64,000 nt of DNA from a virus. The position numbers and the translations under genes were made by a program. The stretch is from positions 1-64,000 of the IMG/VR virus record IMGVR_UViG_3300002026_000029; one strand, given 5' to 3'. The notes beneath the pieces were generated by a model. That model did not search any database, had not been told where the DNA came from, and saw only the letters and a list, made by a program, of their open reading frames with translations. Shown in pieces: positions 50,076 through 59,750 of this stretch; position 1 is the first letter of the stretch; every line of letters begins with the position of its first letter.

Positions 50076-50421
50076 TGATAGTCCTTGTTATTATAAATGC
50101 TGCAACAGATGGATGCATCCATGGTGCGAGTATTGCCCTCTCAAATGCGGTACTGGTTAAGTTAAGCTCTGCACCTACTAAGGCTTTGTAGTCTTCTTTA
50201 TCAAGTTCAGTCATGTATGTTAGTAGTGCTTGGTTAACAAGTCTTCTTCGACGTAATGGAATAATCGTAGAAGGATGAAGTTTTAGCAGAAAACATAAGG
50301 CTTTAAGTGAGTAGAGATCTAAGCTGTGTTCTGTTAGTGTGTATACAAGAGAGTTCACGCTAGCTTTAGTTGTCAGTTTACTTATGGTTATTTTGTGGAT
50401 AGAGTATTCAAATTCAGTCAT
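50062..50421 (-). CDS. Hypothetical protein, MTxFEY family
   Basis: Begins MTEFEYSI, with AAGGA RBS. Confidence 0.6.
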   Translation of the reverse strand: MTEFEYSIHKITISKLTTKASVNSLVYTLTEHSLDLYSLKALCFLLKLHPSTIIPLRRRRLVNQALLTYMTELDKEDYKALVGAELNLTSTAFERAILAPWMHPSVAAFIITRTINDKL

Positions 50422-50430
50422 TTATATCCT

Positions 50431-51891
50431 TTACATAATTGATATGTTTGTACCTAGTACATGCATTGGGTTACTTCTAGTGGATACCCAATAGTTAGTA
50501 ATACGCTTCATTATTGGGTAGTTATTAAATACCTGCTCAATGTCTGAGTCGTTATCCGAAAAACTCATGTAGATAGTTTGTGAGGTATCTTTTATCTTTA
50601 AGCTTTCAATATGGTTAAATACACATGCATGACTAGTACCACCTGATGTGTACCTAGTTGCTAAGGCCTGTGTAAACAGAGGACTTTTACTAATGTCATA
50701 CTCATTTTGTATGTCAAAAGCATGAATTATTTTAGTATCATGTATGAGAACCGTTAATTTAGATATACGTTTAGACTCTGATTCAATTAGGTATAGTAAG
50801 CGTTGTAAGTCAGTTTTACTCATTGAGCCACTATGGTCAATAGATAATATTATTGCTACTTTATCATCAATAAATATCTTCTTTGGAGCTTTATAGATAT
50901 GACGGTACGTACTGTTTAGGTTAGCCCAAGTAGACATATAGTTATGTGTCTTATAGAATACTTTTTTCTTAAATGAAGCCTTTATACGTTTAAACCATCC
51001 TGTTTCAACTTTAATAGATGTAAATAAGTCTTCAAAGAGCTTACCTGTTGCAGTACCACGAGTGTTGTTTTGAATAATCTCACTGAGAGTTTCAGCAAGA
51101 GTTGCTAGAGCGTTATCTGCATCGTCGGTGGACGTAGTACACTTATCGCTAGTAGCTGTTCCATCAATAGCTTCCGCCATAGATGCTGTAGCTGATTTTG
51201 CAGCAGTTGGTTGTAGAGAGTCTTTACCATTGCATGACACAGAGCTCATAGTATCAGAGACTGGCTCGGTAGTAGTAGATGTATTACTTGATATCATCAA
51301 TTTTAGTATTTCGATATCTGATAATTTATCGGCATGATACTTTGAATTATACATGCTTAAAGCTTCAATCTCAGGCCATTTATTACGTGCGCTTTCATGT
51401 CCAGTAAGGAAGATATCTTTCAAGCTGTAATTGATAGCGTAGTCTTCAGCTACATTAATTATATGATGTGGATTTTCTATTGCACCAGCAATTCTAGTCA
51501 TCATATTTTCATAAGCTGATGTATTATGTTTACGTAGGATGTGTTGTAGTTCATGTAGGTATACAAAGCCAAGAAAGATACCATGGTTGGACAGAGCTTT
51601 ATAAATGGCTGTTAAGTCTTTTTCTGTGTAGTACACAAAGGTAAAATTTACTACAGTTGCTGCACCCATCTCAACATGGGCACCAAAGTATTTGCTAAAT
51701 GATATTAAGCTTTTATCTAGCTTAGGTAGTGGTGCTAGGGCTTTGCTTATAGTTACAATAATTGGTAGTTTTAAGAATAGACCTACACTGAGAATAGCTG
51801 TCTTATCCTTACCTAGGGCAAGGTTAGTACTTTTAGCCACTTCTTTGTAGATATAGTTTTCAGCATCGTGAATAAATTCTTGTGGTGTCAT
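50431..51891 (-). CDS. Metallopeptidase-like/VWA domain protein (DUF2201-like), MoxR partner
   Basis: LHELQH, NVAEDYAIN, MIDAS DHSGSMS, GGT, FSD. Confidence 0.8.
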   Translation of the reverse strand: MTPQEFIHDAENYIYKEVAKSTNLALGKDKTAILSVGLFLKLPIIVTISKALAPLPKLDKSLISFSKYFGAHVEMGAATVVNFTFVYYTEKDLTAIYKALSNHGIFLGFVYLHELQHILRKHNTSAYENMMTRIAGAIENPHHIINVAEDYAINYSLKDIFLTGHESARNKWPEIEALSMYNSKYHADKLSDIEILKLMISSNTSTTTEPVSDTMSSVSCNGKDSLQPTAAKSATASMAEAIDGTATSDKCTTSTDDADNALATLAETLSEIIQNNTRGTATGKLFEDLFTSIKVETGWFKRIKASFKKKVFYKTHNYMSTWANLNSTYRHIYKAPKKIFIDDKVAIILSIDHSGSMSKTDLQRLLYLIESESKRISKLTVLIHDTKIIHAFDIQNEYDISKSPLFTQALATRYTSGGTSHACVFNHIESLKIKDTSQTIYMSFSDNDSDIEQVFNNYPIMKRITNYWVSTRSNPMHVLGTNISIM

Positions 51892-51908
51892 AATATAGTT
51901 CCTTGATG

Positions 51909-52148
51909 TTATTGTGGTTCATGAAAACCATGAATAATATTGTGGTTCATGAAAAACATGAATAATATTGTGGATGGGGCACGAAGTAGTGGTGATCTCG
52001 AAATGTAGGCATATAGTTGGTGTTGAAGTTTTATGTGGGTAGTAGAGTTTTTAGTTAGCACAGTTGTGTATAATTCTAATTGTTCTACAGTAAGAGGTTG
52101 TTTACTTTGGATGCATTGTTCCATTATTCTGTATTCAAATGCATCCAT
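51909..52148 (-). CDS. Hypothetical protein, MxxFEY family
   Basis: Begins MDAFEYRI; the 3' end lies in a 28-bp tandem repeat. Confidence 0.5.
   Translation of the reverse strand: MDAFEYRIMEQCIQSKQPLTVEQLELYTTVLTKNSTTHIKLQHQLYAYISRSPLLRAPSTILFMFFMNHNIIHGFHEPQ
51910..51973. repeat. 28-bp tandem repeat (~2.3 copies) with internal palindrome
   Basis: TATTGTGGTTCATGAAAA(C/A)CATGAATAA x2 plus TATTGTGG. Confidence 0.9.
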
Positions 52149-52176
52149 TGTGTAGCCTTAGTATTGTTGTGTGGTA

Positions 52177-53376
52177 TTATTTACCAATAAAGTCTGCCGC
52201 TATTGCAAAGAATTTGTCACTATCTGCAAACTCTATAGCGTCCCATAACTTCTTATCTTTAGCACTTAGATTAGGGTAGTAAAGTGGATCACGTGGTGTA
52301 CCAAGTATCTTATCAACTATAGTTGACACACCCACTGAGATTACTTTATTATTTGCACGGGCATTTGCCTTTGCATGTAGTTCACCAACTAAGAATCCTA
52401 TAAAGTTACTTGATGTTATATTAGCATCTATTAGTCCGACTACGTAGGCAGCATCTTCAACTGTGTCACAGTAGTTAATGATGTAAGCATAGAGGATTTG
52501 GTCTATTGGTTTTAGTGAGGCAATGTTAATAGTTTCTTTCGCTTTTATCTTTGCTACAAAGTTAATCTTTTCAATGTACTCAATATGACGAGCTAGCTCA
52601 GCTGATGCTGCGTTAGATACTTTTTGTTTTGCAATGAAGAGACAGTTCTCTTGAATAAATGATTTGTCGTATAAGTCAAATTCATTTGCTAAATGTGTCC
52701 ATGATCTCGGTGTGCCAAACTGTTCAATCATAGTAGATTCTTCTTCTTGAACATACGTTGAATGGGCTTTTAAGAATGAGCTAATATAAAAATGTAGTCC
52801 TCTACCAAAGTTATCATACCAGTAGTTGAAATCAAATGGAACTGGAAGAATACCAATACGGTCTTTGATTGGAGAGTCAATACCTGAGAAGCCTGCTTCA
52901 TCAGAGTCATTCATTGCTCCCATAATGGCTACACGTGGATCTAGTCTATATGAACCTAACTTACGTTCACCAAGGAGTCCATAAAGGTAAGGAGCTACTG
53001 CCATGTTTACACGGTGTAGGTCATCAAGGAATAGGATACAGCCAGCCTTCCCGTCTTCAGTTGCTAGTCGATTAGCATTCTCAATAATTTGAGGTACTGA
53101 CCATACTGTAGCTTCAGAATTGACTGCACCAGTTGTTGAGTATTTATCCATATGATGTGCTGAGACGAAGTTTGGTAAGCCAGAAAGTTCTTCAGTTGCA
53201 AGTTCAGGTAATGATACCTGAATGATGTGCATGTTAAGGTCTTTAGCGATAGCTTTCATAGTTGCTGTTTTACCAATTCCTGGGGCTCCAGCAATACAGA
53301 TTCCACCACCAATGTCATGTCCACGTAGTTGCCCTAATATGTTTGTTGTAAGTATTATATTTGTTATTGGGTTCAT
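52177..53376 (-). CDS. MoxR-like AAA+ ATPase
   Basis: GAPGIGKT, ILFLDDL, GAMN, IKDR, TPRSW. Confidence 0.85.
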   Translation of the reverse strand: MNPITNIILTTNILGQLRGHDIGGGICIAGAPGIGKTATMKAIAKDLNMHIIQVSLPELATEELSGLPNFVSAHHMDKYSTTGAVNSEATVWSVPQIIENANRLATEDGKAGCILFLDDLHRVNMAVAPYLYGLLGERKLGSYRLDPRVAIMGAMNDSDEAGFSGIDSPIKDRIGILPVPFDFNYWYDNFGRGLHFYISSFLKAHSTYVQEEESTMIEQFGTPRSWTHLANEFDLYDKSFIQENCLFIAKQKVSNAASAELARHIEYIEKINFVAKIKAKETINIASLKPIDQILYAYIINYCDTVEDAAYVVGLIDANITSSNFIGFLVGELHAKANARANNKVISVGVSTIVDKILGTPRDPLYYPNLSAKDKKLWDAIEFADSDKFFAIAADFIGK

Positions 53377-53377
53377 T

Positions 53378-54454
53378 TTAATCCTTTAAATTAAGTAGTA
53401 TAGCGTTTATTGCTTGAGTTGCACAGACAGCGTCAGAGTTACCTACAGTAGTTTTAACAAGATCTTTATTACGTTCAAGTTCCTCATGTAGTTGTTTTAT
53501 AACCAAATCAAAATTTACAGCATGAGCAGGGTAGCGTAAGCGTGATGCTTCTAATACGGCTAATTTATCAAGAGTGAAATAGACATCTGATATCTTCCAC
53601 TCAGACTTACGCTCTATAGTTGTAACGTATGTATAGTCGTCACTATGGGTTAAGTAGTAGGAGTGTTGATAAAGTGGTATCCTATTAATACGTGCATAAG
53701 ACGTTATAAAGTAATTATCCATGAGTATATAGGAATTTTTAGCTGGAATCATGTTAAGGGCACTGGTATTAGTGTACATGCTAAGAATAGAAATTGATGC
53801 ATTAGGATTGCATAATTCAGGCATACGTGTGGTTACAAATTCAACTAGCTTTTGAGACTTAACTGGTGTTGCATTCCAAATTACAGTAACATATCTAATG
53901 TAAATACTATGAAGTGCTGTAAGTTTTTGTAACTTACCTAAGTAGCGTAGAGCGTTAGCACTTGTTAAGGGCTTTTTTAGGGCTTGAATATATTTAGTGA
54001 ATACAGCTAACGAAAATTCTGTTTGTTCCATACTGATAGTAATGGCTTCGTCTAACTTTAACATACTACGGCGCTTACGTTCTACTTCGTAAAACTTATG
54101 TGGTGTTATTTTCTTAAGTACAGGTAGTGAAAGTAATGATGTTACTTTTACTCTATCTTGGGCAACACTAAATAGGTGTCCAAAGCGTGATTTGATAGTT
54201 TGTACGATGTTATCTCTGTCATATCCAAAATTATATAACATTTTATATGATGATGATTGAGTGAATAGTACAAAGGCCTTAATAATTGGTTCTTCTTTCA
54301 TGAATATAGCCTGCACATCATCAGGTATTATAGCATAAGCACCATACTTAGTGTGAATGGTGTTAAGTTTATCCTGCACTTTAGTATTAGTATTTAGTTC
54401 ATGGATGTACTCTTCTAATGTACAAGTATTATCATCTAATGTTGATAGTGGCAT
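53378..54454 (-). CDS. Hypothetical protein, first gene of the AAA/VWA operon
   Basis: 358-aa ORF with AAGGA RBS. Confidence 0.7.
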   Translation of the reverse strand: MPLSTLDDNTCTLEEYIHELNTNTKVQDKLNTIHTKYGAYAIIPDDVQAIFMKEEPIIKAFVLFTQSSSYKMLYNFGYDRDNIVQTIKSRFGHLFSVAQDRVKVTSLLSLPVLKKITPHKFYEVERKRRSMLKLDEAITISMEQTEFSLAVFTKYIQALKKPLTSANALRYLGKLQKLTALHSIYIRYVTVIWNATPVKSQKLVEFVTTRMPELCNPNASISILSMYTNTSALNMIPAKNSYILMDNYFITSYARINRIPLYQHSYYLTHSDDYTYVTTIERKSEWKISDVYFTLDKLAVLEASRLRYPAHAVNFDLVIKQLHEELERNKDLVKTTVGNSDAVCATQAINAILLNLKD

Positions 54455-54518
54455 AGATAATTCCTTAATTTAAAATAATATAATTCTACTAATAGTGTTA
54501 TACTATTGTAATTGTTAA

Positions 54519-54548
54519 ACTATACAGCTAATCATATAGCTGTATAGT
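54519..54548. terminator. Strong intergenic hairpin
   Basis: ACTATACAGCTA-ATCATA-TAGCTGTATAGT, perfect 12-bp stem. Confidence 0.6.
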
Positions 54549-54590
54549 TACTAGGTAATATTTCCACTTGGTCTTTATACCTTATTTATA

Positions 54591-54896
54591 TTAACGATAT
54601 ATTTGACCGCGTAGAGTAATAGTTCCATCAATATTTATCGTTGGTGTTTCCCATGCTTTCTCAGCTGCTGTCTTAGCCCAATGTGCTTTGTTTGCTGCCG
54701 TTAGGTTTTGACGTGTACCACGCTGTACTCTTGCTATACCAGCCCATCTGTGTACAGTACTCTCTGAGATATTGTAGTCTGATGCGATTGTTCGCGCTGA
54801 TTTAGTTACAACTGTTTTGTATGCTTCTACAACTGCATTATGTAACTCTAATGGGTATACATTTCCGTTTTTAATCTTTCTTAATTTATTTCTCAT
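54591..54896 (-). CDS. HTH DNA-binding protein
   Basis: SARTIASDYNISESTVHRW. Confidence 0.7.
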   Translation of the reverse strand: MRNKLRKIKNGNVYPLELHNAVVEAYKTVVTKSARTIASDYNISESTVHRWAGIARVQRGTRQNLTAANKAHWAKTAAEKAWETPTINIDGTITLRGQIYR

Positions 54897-55566
54897 TGTT
54901 AATCCTTTTATTTAGTTCAATTATGATTGGAGCATTCACTAATTGGTATGAATCATTTAGTAGAGATGCACAGACATTTAATACAGACTCATGTACACGT
55001 TTACCGTAGGCTTCATGGATATGCCCTGATATATGTACATCTAATTTACGTAGTAACTTCTTCCGTTTAGCTAGTGATCGTGAACCAACATGTGGATCAC
55101 ACCCAAAAGCATTTTTTACTTTGTCATGGCACTTATAAGCAGGGCCGTGAGTGATTAGTATATTTGTGTCTAATGGGATACGTTCCCATAACTTTGCAAG
55201 TTCATCATCACTACTCATGAATGCCCAGTTGTAAAACTCATTTGAGTAAGGTGAACCATAGAATTTTATTCCATCAACTACTACACTTGAGTCTTGTAGA
55301 TAAGTTATTGTATGGTATTGACTAAGAAGTGCTCTGAATTCTACAGGGTAGTCTTCAACTTGTACCTCATGGTTACCTGCTATTATTATCTTATGTTTAA
55401 ATGGTTGTAAGATAAGCCAGTCAAAGAAGTCTTTTGTTTCTAGTAGTCCAAGATCATCACCACGTGTCCAGTCTCCGGCATGAACTAGAACATCAGCTTT
55501 ATAGGGCCGAAGGTCTAATTGAGTATGTCTTCCGTGAGTGTCACTAATACAGCATATTTGTAGCAT
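54886..55566 (-). CDS. Metallophosphoesterase (MPPED/239FB-like)
   Basis: ISDTH, HAGD, IAGNHE, LITHGP, GHIHE. Confidence 0.88.
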   Translation of the reverse strand: MLQICCISDTHGRHTQLDLRPYKADVLVHAGDWTRGDDLGLLETKDFFDWLILQPFKHKIIIAGNHEVQVEDYPVEFRALLSQYHTITYLQDSSVVVDGIKFYGSPYSNEFYNWAFMSSDDELAKLWERIPLDTNILITHGPAYKCHDKVKNAFGCDPHVGSRSLAKRKKLLRKLDVHISGHIHEAYGKRVHESVLNVCASLLNDSYQLVNAPIIIELNKRINNEK

Positions 55567-55916
55567 TAATTATCTCCATCCTCTAAATTAGTTTGTAGTA
55601 ACTTAAAAGCACGCATAAAATCTAACCGTACATTTACTTCAAATGTGCCACTTTGTGCGTACCTAGGTAGATCAGTTATTGGGTAGCCTTCATGAATGTA
55701 TTTATTGAATGCAACTTGGTAGAGTTTATAATAAGGTACTAATTGCTTTAACCGCTCGTAACTATTTGGACGCATATGAAATAACATTACATCAGTTTTT
55801 GTAAGGGCTTCAGTATCTGCCAGTCGGCGATACTTTGATATCAATTTTTTAAGTTCTTCACGTGAGGTAATGCTTTTAATTCTAACCTCTTCTATTGCGT
55901 ATTCAAATTCAGTCAT
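55566..55916 (-). CDS. Hypothetical protein, MTxFEY family
   Basis: Begins MTEFEYAI. Confidence 0.6.
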   Translation of the reverse strand: MTEFEYAIEEVRIKSITSREELKKLISKYRRLADTEALTKTDVMLFHMRPNSYERLKQLVPYYKLYQVAFNKYIHEGYPITDLPRYAQSGTFEVNVRLDFMRAFKLLQTNLEDGDN

Positions 55917-56300
55917 TTAAATGGCCTCTAGTGTATTAACTAAGTGAGGGTTATACTTATATAAGTCAACCTTAGAACGCTCCCTAGAGCCTTCTTGTGG
56001 AGTCTCAGGAGTGTATGTGAAATTAGCTTTAATGATGATCTTCTCATCATTAGTCCTGAATGCCAAAACAGATGAAGCTTCTAGTACTTTGGTGTACATA
56101 ATACCATCAATCTTGGTATTTAGTATAATATATCCTCTATAATCAACATAAGACTCTTCAAGATCTGTGTTGTCAATATCAAGTACTATTGTGAGGTAGT
56201 TAGGAAGACCCCAGTCTTTTATAGTTACCGTGAAGGGAATCTTTGTACTCACACAGTGTGTGAGTAGTTGATGGATAGTAGTTGTGATAATTTTATACAT
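55917..56300 (-). CDS. Hypothetical protein
   Basis: ATG at 56300 with TAAGGA RBS overlapping the stop of the exonuclease half of PolA. Confidence 0.6.
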   Translation of the reverse strand: MYKIITTTIHQLLTHCVSTKIPFTVTIKDWGLPNYLTIVLDIDNTDLEESYVDYRGYIILNTKIDGIMYTKVLEASSVLAFRTNDEKIIIKANFTYTPETPQEGSRERSKVDLYKYNPHLVNTLEAI

Positions 56301-56308
56301 GAGTGTCC

Positions 56309-57100
56309 TTACCATGGGGCTATATAGGTTGTGTTTGGGATATATTGTTTAATAGTAGATTTCTTTACATACTCTTTAACTGGGCCATTAGGTAGAAATT
56401 TTGGGTGGAAGGAGCGTGCCAGTTCAAGTGCAATATCTTGTTTTTCTTGGAGTAGCTCAGTATTTAGGATGCGAGCTTTGGTTATATCAAAGTAGAAGCC
56501 AAACGATGTTTGTTCTGCTATTATTATTGCAGCCTCATGTTCTAGTGTTATAACCTCTGGGAGTGGAAAGAATGATTTACTCTGTAAAAATAGTAGTAGA
56601 TCTGCTGTTAAATCCGTATCTTGTTTACAGTATGTAGCCATCTCTTTTGTAAGACCTGTATTAAACTCTTGAAATTCAATCTTATCATTGCCTAACCGCT
56701 TACCAAATGCTTTTAATGAGAATGAACCCCATATGTCTTTTGGTAGCCCTAGAGAAGCATCTATACTAATTAACTCATCAGCACTATACATTAGTTTAGA
56801 TAGTATTAACGTGTCATATGGGGTTGGTATAAGTGTAACTCCAATAACATGTCTAATAACTATATCATCAAAGCCAAGTCCATTGTGAGCACATCGTATA
56901 TCAGCTGTGTTGATTAAGTTTATAGCTTGGGTTAGTGAACCATCAGAATATGAAGTGTAATATTCGGTGAATAATTTAGCTGGTTGGGGTTCACCATCTA
57001 GTATCATTGTTACTGCAATACAGTAAATTTTAGTGATAGCATCAATTCCTGCATTAGTTATGAAAGGAGTCTCAATATCATACACTGCGATTGTTTGCAT
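56309..57100 (-). CDS. Family A DNA polymerase, 3'-5' exonuclease and first thumb helix half
   Basis: YDIET (ExoI), AHNGLGFD (ExoII), YCKQD (ExoIII), then LEHEAAIIIAEQTSFGFYFD, like T7 gp5. Confidence 0.88.
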   Translation of the reverse strand: MQTIAVYDIETPFITNAGIDAITKIYCIAVTMILDGEPQPAKLFTEYYTSYSDGSLTQAINLINTADIRCAHNGLGFDDIVIRHVIGVTLIPTPYDTLILSKLMYSADELISIDASLGLPKDIWGSFSLKAFGKRLGNDKIEFQEFNTGLTKEMATYCKQDTDLTADLLLFLQSKSFFPLPEVITLEHEAAIIIAEQTSFGFYFDITKARILNTELLQEKQDIALELARSFHPKFLPNGPVKEYVKKSTIKQYIPNTTYIAPW

Positions 57101-57116
57101 ATAAACTCCTTTGTAA

Positions 57117-57371
57117 TTAATGTGATGGTGTTATAATTTCACTTGTTTGGATTACACCCAGTACTTCTATAATAGAATCATACTTATCAGCTTTGATTCT
57201 TAATGCTTCTTTCTCTAAATCTACTACGGATGCAGTTGATTCATAGATGGCAATAATATCTTTAGCTTTGTAGTAGGCTACTACTAATGTGTCATATAAG
57301 GCTTCTTTTGACATAGTTTCATCAACTGATTGTTCTATATCATATATTTCGTTTAGTAGTTTAGCTATCAT
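57117..57371 (-). CDS. Hypothetical protein
   Basis: 84-aa co-oriented ORF. Confidence 0.55.
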   Translation of the reverse strand: MIAKLLNEIYDIEQSVDETMSKEALYDTLVVAYYKAKDIIAIYESTASVVDLEKEALRIKADKYDSIIEVLGVIQTSEIITPSH

Positions 57372-57594
57372 TTAGGTATCCTGTTAATTCTGTTAATAAT
57401 GAACGATTAAACTTTTGAGATTCTAGACTCTTAGTTATACGTTCAATGTCACGGGTCTTGTAGTCTTCACGTAAAAGTCTTGTTATTAAGACTTCACTCC
57501 AACTTATTTTTTGAGATATTGCTTCTTTATACTGCATTTCACTAAGTACATTAGCATTAAAGTCATCACCATAAATGTATGTAGCTTGTAGCAT
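57361..57594 (-). CDS. Hypothetical protein
   Basis: 77-aa co-oriented ORF. Confidence 0.55.
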   Translation of the reverse strand: MLQATYIYGDDFNANVLSEMQYKEAISQKISWSEVLITRLLREDYKTRDIERITKSLESQKFNRSLLTELTGYLNDS

Positions 57595-57767
57595 TAGCAG
57601 ACTTCTTCTAGTAACTCATAAAAGTAGTAATTGTGTCTAGCACACAAGGTTTTTATTCTTACTAATTCATCTGCAATTGAGAGAATTCCACATTCTTTTA
57701 TAAAGAAGTCATAATCTTCTTGAAGTTTTTTGTCATACAGATACGCTTCTTTTTCGTCGTTATTCAT
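57594..57767 (-). CDS. Hypothetical 57-aa protein, not in the ORF track
   Basis: MNNDEKEAYLY...EEVC*, with TAATG coupling to the next gene. Confidence 0.45.
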   Translation of the reverse strand: MNNDEKEAYLYDKKLQEDYDFFIKECGILSIADELVRIKTLCARHNYYFYELLEEVC

Positions 57768-57768
57768 G

Positions 57769-57972
57769 TTATTTTTCCTTTATTATTTGGATTTTCTGTA
57801 AATCGTCTGCACTGATGTACCCCTCAACATATACTAAGTGGTGTTCCATTTTATATTTAGCTACACCAGTTTGTTGACTATAAGCAAAAGTAAATAATAT
57901 GAGTACCACTATCATACTAAATACTATCACTACACCTTCACCGTCTACGTTTTGCATAAACCATTCTTTCAT
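57769..57972 (-). CDS. Small membrane protein
   Basis: One TM helix VVIVFSMIVVLILFTFAY. Confidence 0.55.
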   Translation of the reverse strand: MKEWFMQNVDGEGVVIVFSMIVVLILFTFAYSQQTGVAKYKMEHHLVYVEGYISADDLQKIQIIKEK

Positions 57973-57976
57973 TTTG

Positions 57977-58213
57977 TTATTCCTTTATCTCATCGTTGCA
58001 TAGTACTATATCTTCAACAGTTATGTCAAAGTCTTCTATGTTTTTAAAATATCTGTCTGGAATATTTACCGTGATTTTAAATCTGTCATAATCTGTTATC
58101 TTTGGTATAGGTAGATTAGTTGCTGTTAAGCTACTAAAATTCTCATTTCGGAGTTTACTTGCGTTATCTGTAATGTAATATTTTGACAAGTCCATGAATA
58201 ATTCTACTTTCAT
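57977..58213 (-). CDS. Hypothetical protein
   Basis: 78 aa with AAGGAG RBS. Confidence 0.55.
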   Translation of the reverse strand: MKVELFMDLSKYYITDNASKLRNENFSSLTATNLPIPKITDYDRFKITVNIPDRYFKNIEDFDITVEDIVLCNDEIKE

Positions 58214-58376
58214 TTAGTACTCCTTGGTTTGGTTACTTAATATAGTCATAATAAGTATAAGTACACCTATAATCCAAACACATAGAGTATGGTTATGTAT
58301 AACTGGTGTAGTTGCTGCAATAAATACCTGAAATAGTACGAGTAAAACTTGTATAAAAATAAATAACTTCTGCATA

Positions 58377-58988
58377 TTAATAATCCTCCACCTCTATTTC
58401 TGTGTCAAGCAGTCTTTTAAATTCTTTCGAAGTACTAATCATTGCTAAAAAGTCTGCATCATTTTTAAAATATCTAACATTATTAAACCAATACTGGCCA
58501 TTAAAATAAGCGTATTGTGCTATTTTAATCATCTTCTTTGGTTTAATTTTATAATCACAAGAAGCGATATTATTAACCTCTTCTGGTGAGCAGTTCAGTA
58601 TATTTATTAAATAATCTGTCATGTTTTTATTCACCATGGCTAAATTATCTATTTCTAGTTGTTTCTCGTGTTGCACGCTATTTTCTGTATAGTAAGTTTC
58701 AGCGTTTAATTCTTCAGCATACTTGTATGCATCTTCATAGCTATACTTACGAATACTTCGTTTAGACCACTCTAATACAGTGTCGTCATCTCTGACACAA
58801 CGGGTATAATTGCTGTAGTCACCATAAATGGTGTTGCTATATGTAAGTGACGCACTAGACCAAACCAAATAGCTTTTATCATGAACAGTAGATGTCCACG
58901 TCCAAGTATCTTTTATAGCATCATCAAATACGTATCCATTTAGAAAGTCTACTTTTTTAGTGGATAAACGCCAGTCGTTGTGTTTCAT
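58377..58988 (-). CDS. DUF1566/Lcl-like domain protein (circularly permuted) with C-terminal extension
   Basis: NDWRLS...WTWTST...VW...TRCVRD followed by LEWSK...YEDAYKYAEEL. Confidence 0.6.
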   Translation of the reverse strand: MKHNDWRLSTKKVDFLNGYVFDDAIKDTWTWTSTVHDKSYLVWSSASLTYSNTIYGDYSNYTRCVRDDDTVLEWSKRSIRKYSYEDAYKYAEELNAETYYTENSVQHEKQLEIDNLAMVNKNMTDYLINILNCSPEEVNNIASCDYKIKPKKMIKIAQYAYFNGQYWFNNVRYFKNDADFLAMISTSKEFKRLLDTEIEVEDY

Positions 58989-58997
58989 AATATTCCT

Positions 58998-59750
58998 TTA
59001 TGGTTTTACTTTATTATACAATGCTGGTTGATTAATTTGTAATAGCTCAAGCATCGCTGCACTGAGTTCTCTTATTTCTGCTTGAGCATGACTGTCTAAT
59101 CTGAGTTTGAAGTAGTTTTTTAGTCCTTCAGTTTCTCCCATCATGTAGAATTCTGTGTAGGTAACTTGAGGTAGAAATCTGGAAGCTACTTGTGTTTCAT
59201 TTGTGTCACATAGATCTGAATATAAATTTAGTGCATTGTCTATAATAGTTATAGCAGCGCCGTTCTTTCTTAGTTCTTCTGGAAACCAGAATTGAAAAGG
59301 AACTTTAGAGCCTTTAGTGTATCGTCTTGACATCTCAAGGTAAGAGAAGCTTCTATGTCTCATGAACTGAGACCTTACAAACATAGGTACCTTGATACGA
59401 AAGCAAGCAATGTTCTGCTTGTGAGCATCCACGTTATCTTTGTTTGAGTATCTTACTGAATAATCATCAGGAGAGTTTCTCATTGATGTTGTTATGCTAC
59501 AGTACGGGTAAGTATCAACAATAAATTCCCACAGGCTCTCATGTTTAATAGACTGCATACGTTTGTATAGAGCTTCTGGATTCTTAGCTTCTTCATTTCC
59601 GTATGCTAATGAAGCTAAGGTAGTAACAGTATGGATACGTTGTTCTTCTGACTCATTAGCATGTGATGCATCATATAATGATACTGCTCCTATGGAATCG
59701 TTGTATAGCTGTACTGTGGCTACTTTAGTGAATAGATTATCTTCTGTCAT
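58998..59750 (-). CDS. thyX: FAD-dependent thymidylate synthase
   Basis: HESLWE, RHRSFSYLEMSRRY signature, SRFLP, LRLDSHAQAEIR. Confidence 0.92.
   Translation of the reverse strand: MTEDNLFTKVATVQLYNDSIGAVSLYDASHANESEEQRIHTVTTLASLAYGNEEAKNPEALYKRMQSIKHESLWEFIVDTYPYCSITTSMRNSPDDYSVRYSNKDNVDAHKQNIACFRIKVPMFVRSQFMRHRSFSYLEMSRRYTKGSKVPFQFWFPEELRKNGAAITIIDNALNLYSDLCDTNETQVASRFLPQVTYTEFYMMGETEGLKNYFKLRLDSHAQAEIRELSAAMLELLQINQPALYNKVKP

Noticed and set aside
51910-51973. CRISPR mini-array
   Set aside because: The 28-bp palindromic units are directly adjacent, with no spacers.
49366-56308. Group I/II intron or split intein explaining the PolA interruption
   Set aside because: No intein Cys/Ser start or His-Asn end on the fragments, and no recognisable intron core. 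The interval is full of ordinary genes with an internal hairpin.
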